From positions 1-37,748 of the IMG/VR virus record IMGVR_UViG_3300048856_000112: a DNA stretch of 37,748 nt. One strand, written 5' to 3'. The notes under the pieces are model-generated. The model was not told the DNA's origin. It did no database searches and saw only the letters and a list, made by a program, of their open reading frames with translations. Made by a program: the position numbers and the translations under genes. The DNA is from a virus. Its lineage: Duplodnaviria > Caudoviricetes. Within the stretch, counting starts at the first letter, position 1. Every line of letters begins with the position of its first letter. Shown piece after piece: positions 34,601 to 37,748 of this stretch.

Positions 34601-35929
34601 ATCGATACTTACGTCTCGGAGGGCGCGCGGTTCACAGACCCCTCCAGCTACCGTGCCGACCCCACCGACAACATGCGGCCCCTGACGATCACCGGTCAGG
34701 TGGGCGGCGAGGAGCCCGAGGAGCCCGAGGAGCCGGGTGAGCCGGTGGCCGCCGTCGTGATCCCGGCCGGCCAGACCATCACCAACCCGGCCAATGCGCC
34801 CCTGAATACCGTGCTCGGGCGGGTTGTCATGACCGGCGGGACTCCGGTCTCTGTGACCATCTCCGACCCCCGGTTCGCCATCGAGTTGGACGGCGATGTG
34901 CTGCTTAAGCAGACCATTTCCGACACTTCGGTTGACCGGACCTTCAAGGCCAATGTGACGGCCACGAACAGCGCTGGCGCCGCCACGACGCAAGAAGTGA
35001 CATTTGCCTTCACTGCGGTTGCGGCGGGCGGCGGCGCTGGCCCGGGCTATCCCGCGCTGCCGGTCACGTACCACGCGCGGCTGGCCATGCGCCGGACGAA
35101 GACCGACTATGCCTCGTCTATCGTGACCCTGGAGACGACGGTTGCGCCGATCGTGTCGCAAGCCTTCGGCCTCAACAGCTCGGGCGTTATTGACCGGGCG
35201 GCCGTCACCTCCTGGCTCTCCAGCCGGGCGGCCAATGCGCGCGGCACTTATGCGACCTGGCACAACCAGGACGCGCCGGGCACGCCGTTTGCCGCGCCCA
35301 GCGCGGGCTTCCGACCGCGCTTCACCAAGGACGATGGCTCGTTCTACTACATGACCGGCGGCCCGCAGGATGTCCCCTGCATCCGCATTCTGGGCGGCAC
35401 CCAGGGCCTCAAGGCTTTGCTGTCCGGTATGCCTGCTGGCGGCAAGAAAATCGGCGCTGTCATCGCCTTCCAGCAGGTCGGGGCCAACGCGCAGTTCCAC
35501 CGCGTGCTGGCATTCACCGGCACGGGCCAGGCGAACGACTACGACAACCCGGCCTCTATCGCCCTAATCGACCAGAACGACGGCGGCGAGTACCAGACCG
35601 AGACGAACAGCGAGAACGTCAACCTCTTCACGGGCGGGGCCGGCGTCGCAGCGGCGGTGGCCGTGGTGGTGGATGCGACGTTGAGCGCCCGCGCGATGCG
35701 CCACAAGGTCAATGATGATGTCATCATGGGCACCGAGGGCGGGTTCGCCCCCGGTATGGCGCTGCCCTCTTCCGGCACGCTGCGCATCGGGTTCTTCGAC
35801 GACGCGGGCACGGTGGCGGGGCCGGAACTGCTGGTGTCGGAGGTGGCGTTCTTCAGCTTCGACGCTCTGACCGATGTGCAGATTGAGACGCTGCAAGCGG
35901 CCGTCTACTCGCACACGATCCTGCCGTAA
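31700..35929 (+). CDS. Large multidomain tail protein; putative polysaccharide lyase/depolymerase with Ig/cadherin-like and ConA-like domains
   Basis: GGAG RBS; N-terminal coil and Thr/Ala-rich beta domains; WPDGSAKH (PcRGLX/PL26 N-domain-like); helical-toroid-like DTGHTPMLPYLPYVATGDRFFYD, NQPREAGW and HWMQDH; EEP linker; C-terminal lectin-like domain. Confidence 0.75.
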   Translation: MSGSTRVVLNDAVFRAAIPETAAKLDSVGQNANRAEAAADRAEQAANNAGGSGPVDPAAIITAGKEQIRQIVREYLVELGLIQDGGTPGVTLPALTITPATGVAADAPAGTLLGTVNVATPSGATRALILGGPGAIMDPNDATGRRIIRSSSGTVTAGTLNLSVRDTHPNATNSPQTASAGVTIAAAGGGTPTITKPTFNPASGTFPLDAAASLKLADILPATPAAGITRTASGTLTTDNGKAQVLRGLTSATEGQSLTLTVRDALTSNPAIYEETTFTATAQQAYVPPAGAFEYTALAKPTVGSEAGVTYVPQMQVRSAAGELQGFAFNAGSSALAARYGCFALTLERGLLLPTEYVEYVREDNGTVVPAQMAVLRKWPDGSAKHVRLACMHPALTAGQTIRAMLRKASVAPSGAVVTHAGLSSSPFTGSIQVKGHYAANSNTLVAMSGTYDIGVSTIVANATAGSYWMQGPICTERRYILDMPEALRLIVDIRVYADGSHEVDYQPAADKQRWANAGGWCSWQLGITIAQGGTNVLNLPTQRIGIAQVGRKLVASALSAATNALNDPPVHNVQVDAPLYTQMGVFPIYNYGLGVKGTMAADVAARMTGYSGWRSMLNNNGVRKDMGAVAARMDIGIVPGWHAEWCMTQAEPCRRSMIATGEVAGATKINAWDITSNTRLNIFSDKGGYPGMWFDYRGNDDGSNPSNITTPDSWDGWEYDTGHTPMLPYLPYVATGDRFFYDRFEALVMATLLYTYPPGRRAYIEGGLDWCVMQNNQPREAGWNARDLGYGAMMLPDVSPFQARILEVVDYTFQVLLDRSAAWAAAQGQCKGWLPNTNPYDSSVLKHWMQDHVAAGTAICFQGGSLKAAAFMDWARNYMVGRFMQDANGMSHKKACWFLAAIGNSHDILATPPTVTTWAQMDAASHTDSDAAPVNGFDGGGNYNQLGLRTLAYYAMLRGDDQARAMIDTYVSEGARFTDPSSYRADPTDNMRPLTITGQVGGEEPEEPEEPGEPVAAVVIPAGQTITNPANAPLNTVLGRVVMTGGTPVSVTISDPRFAIELDGDVLLKQTISDTSVDRTFKANVTATNSAGAATTQEVTFAFTAVAAGGGAGPGYPALPVTYHARLAMRRTKTDYASSIVTLETTVAPIVSQAFGLNSSGVIDRAAVTSWLSSRAANARGTYATWHNQDAPGTPFAAPSAGFRPRFTKDDGSFYYMTGGPQDVPCIRILGGTQGLKALLSGMPAGGKKIGAVIAFQQVGANAQFHRVLAFTGTGQANDYDNPASIALIDQNDGGEYQTETNSENVNLFTGGAGVAAAVAVVVDATLSARAMRHKVNDDVIMGTEGGFAPGMALPSSGTLRIGFFDDAGTVAGPELLVSEVAFFSFDALTDVQIETLQAAVYSHTILP

Positions 35930-35943
35930 CTGAGGAGGACAGG

Positions 35944-36600
35944 ATGCCCACGCGTGGCAGCGGACAAAACGGCGGCAGCAGCGGTGGAGAAAAGCTCTTC
36001 ACCGCTGCCGAAGTGGAAGCGCGCGTCGAGGCGGCACGCGCGCAGCAGGCGGCCCACGATGTGAAGGGCAACCAGCAAGTACGCATGTCGGCGGAGTATC
36101 TGGCGAAGGACGTTGCGGCCATTCTGTCGGCGCACAAGACGGCGGACACCCCTGGCTGGCTCCGCGTCGGAGGGCCTGCTGTGGCCATGGGCGTGGGTAT
36201 CCTCACGATTGTTGCCTTCGTCGGCAACATGGCGCTTGGCCCGCTGATGACACGCACGGCGGCCCTGGAAACCAAGGCCGTGGATATCTCGTCTGCGCTC
36301 GCCTCCCACGGCCAACGCATTCAGGTTCTCGAAACCCGCATTGCCACCACGGCCACCGTTCGAGACCAGCAGCTCGAGGGCCTGCGGGATCGCGTCACGA
36401 ATATGGAGCGCGCGGACCAAGCCCAGATGGAGCGGGCCACGCAACTGGCCAACACGCTGGCGGGCGTGCTGCCCCGTTTGGAAGAAATCCTGCGGCGGCA
36501 GGAGCGGTTGGAGAACCGGCTGGGCTCATCCATAGGGCCGCGCCCGAACAGCGATCCAGACGGCGCCGTTGACTGGCGCGTGCCTGATCGCGCCATCTGA
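35944..36600 (+). CDS. Lysis-module membrane protein (TM + coiled coil)
   Basis: GAGGAGG RBS; TM VGGPAVAMGVGILTIVAFVGNMAL followed by a long heptad region. Confidence 0.75.
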   Translation: MPTRGSGQNGGSSGGEKLFTAAEVEARVEAARAQQAAHDVKGNQQVRMSAEYLAKDVAAILSAHKTADTPGWLRVGGPAVAMGVGILTIVAFVGNMALGPLMTRTAALETKAVDISSALASHGQRIQVLETRIATTATVRDQQLEGLRDRVTNMERADQAQMERATQLANTLAGVLPRLEEILRRQERLENRLGSSIGPRPNSDPDGAVDWRVPDRAI

Positions 36601-36648
36601 TCCGACGCCGGGCGGCATCCCGGCAACCCTGACAATCTGGAGCAAGCG

Positions 36649-37002
36649 ATGAACATCGCTCAGACAATCGCGCTCAATTGGCGCGCGATCACGGCTTTCG
36701 TCATGGCCTGTGTGCAGCTCGCCACGGCCGTGGGGTGGCTGCCGGTGGGCAGCGAGGAAATGGCCAACACGCTGATCGCCACCTCTGGCGGCGTAATCGG
36801 CATCATCGCCGGCGGCAGCTATATCCAGAACATCGCCACCACCAAGGCCATCACGGCCTCTGCCGGTGCGGTGCAGGAGAGCGCCCGGACGGTTCAAGCT
36901 GTGGCGGCTGTGGATGCCAACGCCGCGATCACGACCGGGGCATCTGTGGCGCGATCTGCCGCCGAACGCATGGCCGACCTGGCCGGGAAGCCGCGGCAAT
37001 GA
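36649..37002 (+). CDS. Putative holin (2 TM)
   Basis: WRAITAFVMACVQLATAVGWL and LIATSGGVIGIIAGGSYI; upstream of the endolysin; GGAG RBS. Confidence 0.6.
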   Translation: MNIAQTIALNWRAITAFVMACVQLATAVGWLPVGSEEMANTLIATSGGVIGIIAGGSYIQNIATTKAITASAGAVQESARTVQAVAAVDANAAITTGASVARSAAERMADLAGKPRQ

Positions 37003-37181
37003 GCCTCCTTGCTCGCCTGCTCACCTTCCTGGGTCTGGCGCGGGAGGCTGACGCCGCTGGCACCGCGCCAGCGCCCGCCTCTCCGGTGCCCGTGCCTGGA
37101 GTCTATCGCTCCGCACAAGGCGTGCCGGTCTATGCGGTGGGGGAGGCTCCTCCCCCGCCAGCCAATTCTTCAAACCTGTAG
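36999..37181 (+). CDS. Small Pro-rich protein with hydrophobic N-terminus
   Basis: ATGA overlap with the holin stop; its own stop is embedded in the endolysin RBS (TAGGAGG). Confidence 0.55.
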   Translation: MSLLARLLTFLGLAREADAAGTAPAPASPVPVPGVYRSAQGVPVYAVGEAPPPPANSSNL

Positions 37182-37190
37182 GAGGCGCTT

Positions 37191-37748
37191 GTGGCGACCA
37201 CCGACCGCTTTACGAGCCTGATGGAAGGCGTGCTCGGCCGCGAAGGCGGCTATTCGAACAACCCGGCCGACCGTGGCGGGGAGACGATGTTCGGCGTGAC
37301 CATCGCCCGCGCCCGTGCCGTTGGATACACCGGCCCCATGCGGGACATGACCCGCGACCAGGCGGTGGAGATCTACCGCCTCTACTACTGGCGGCAGCCG
37401 GGCTTCGATCGCATTGACGAATTAGACCATGGCCTGGGCGAGCGGCTGTTCGATGCCGGGATCAACTGCGGCACCAGCCGTGCCGGCCAGTGGCTCCAGC
37501 GGGCGCTGAACGTCATGAACGGGCAGGGCACCCTCTATTCCGACATCACTGTCGACGGCCAGTGCGGCGCCATGACCCGGGCTGCGCTCGGCTCTTTCAT
37601 CCAGCGGCGCGGCGCAGAAGGGCGGGCAGTCCTGCTGGAGGCGGTGAGGGCCTTCCAGGCCGGGCATTACCTGGGCCTGGCTGAGGATAACCCCAGCCAG
37701 GAAGCCTTCATCTACGGGTGGATGAGAACCCGGATCTTGGGGGTCTAG
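37191..37748 (+). CDS. Endolysin, glycoside hydrolase family 108 with PG_binding_3 domain
   Basis: REGGYSNNPADRGGETMFGVT, IYRLYYW, LFDAGINCG, WLQRALN, VDGQCG, FIYGW..R; AGGAGG RBS with GTG start. Confidence 0.96.
   Translation: MATTDRFTSLMEGVLGREGGYSNNPADRGGETMFGVTIARARAVGYTGPMRDMTRDQAVEIYRLYYWRQPGFDRIDELDHGLGERLFDAGINCGTSRAGQWLQRALNVMNGQGTLYSDITVDGQCGAMTRAALGSFIQRRGAEGRAVLLEAVRAFQAGHYLGLAEDNPSQEAFIYGWMRTRILGV

Larger units (their letters stand above)
1..37748. mobile_element. Temperate siphovirus prophage (HK97-like head, long non-contractile tail), apparently intact; att sites outside the window
   Basis: Complete module order int-xis / immunity / replication / packaging / head / tail / lysis. 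No sheath gene and no disrupted core gene seen. Confidence 0.95.

Noticed and set aside
34709-34735. 9-bp tandem repeat GAGGAGCCC x3 as a phase-variable locus
   Set aside because: In-frame unit encoding an EEP interdomain linker; copy change would not shift the frame.
32864-35500. 878-aa minus-strand ORF (also 31142-32857)
   Set aside because: Shadow of the large tail protein.
29315-35929. Diversity-generating retroelement or invertible fibre cassette
   Set aside because: No reverse transcriptase, invertase or TR/VR repeat pair was seen.
1-37748. tRNA genes, att core repeats and recognisable anti-phage defence or methyltransferase genes
   Set aside because: None could be recognised by eye; the window ends at the int and endolysin stops, so att sites and flanking cargo lie outside.

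Overview
This window is an almost complete, apparently intact temperate siphovirus prophage. It runs exactly from the integrase stop codon to the endolysin stop codon, so the att sites lie outside it. The host is a high-GC Alphaproteobacterium, inferred from a GTTC-N7-GTTC LexA box, GcrA-like and GafA/DUF6456-like domains and an alpha-type MarR. Layout, left to right: (1) leftward early operon with integrase, excisionase, small membrane proteins, a PEP-CTERM protein, ParB, a GcrA-like protein and MarR; (2) an XRE repressor / Cro switch with six related ~17-bp operators; (3) rightward replication genes (P-loop primase/helicase-like) followed by a ~210-bp iteron-built inverted repeat, the likely origin; (4) a late activator and terminator; (5) HNH-TerS-TerL-portal-S49 protease-HK97 capsid; (6) neck and tail genes with a GGGAAAC -1 frameshift chaperone and a tape measure protein carrying a lytic transglycosylase; (7) a 1409-aa glycan-lyase-like tail protein; (8) holin and GH108 endolysin. 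The most unusual items are an SOS-box-controlled ORF running antisense inside a repressor that has no autocleavage domain, a phage-encoded PEP-CTERM (exosortase substrate) protein, and a nested antisense membrane-protein gene next to xis. All family calls come from motif recognition by eye, not database searches.
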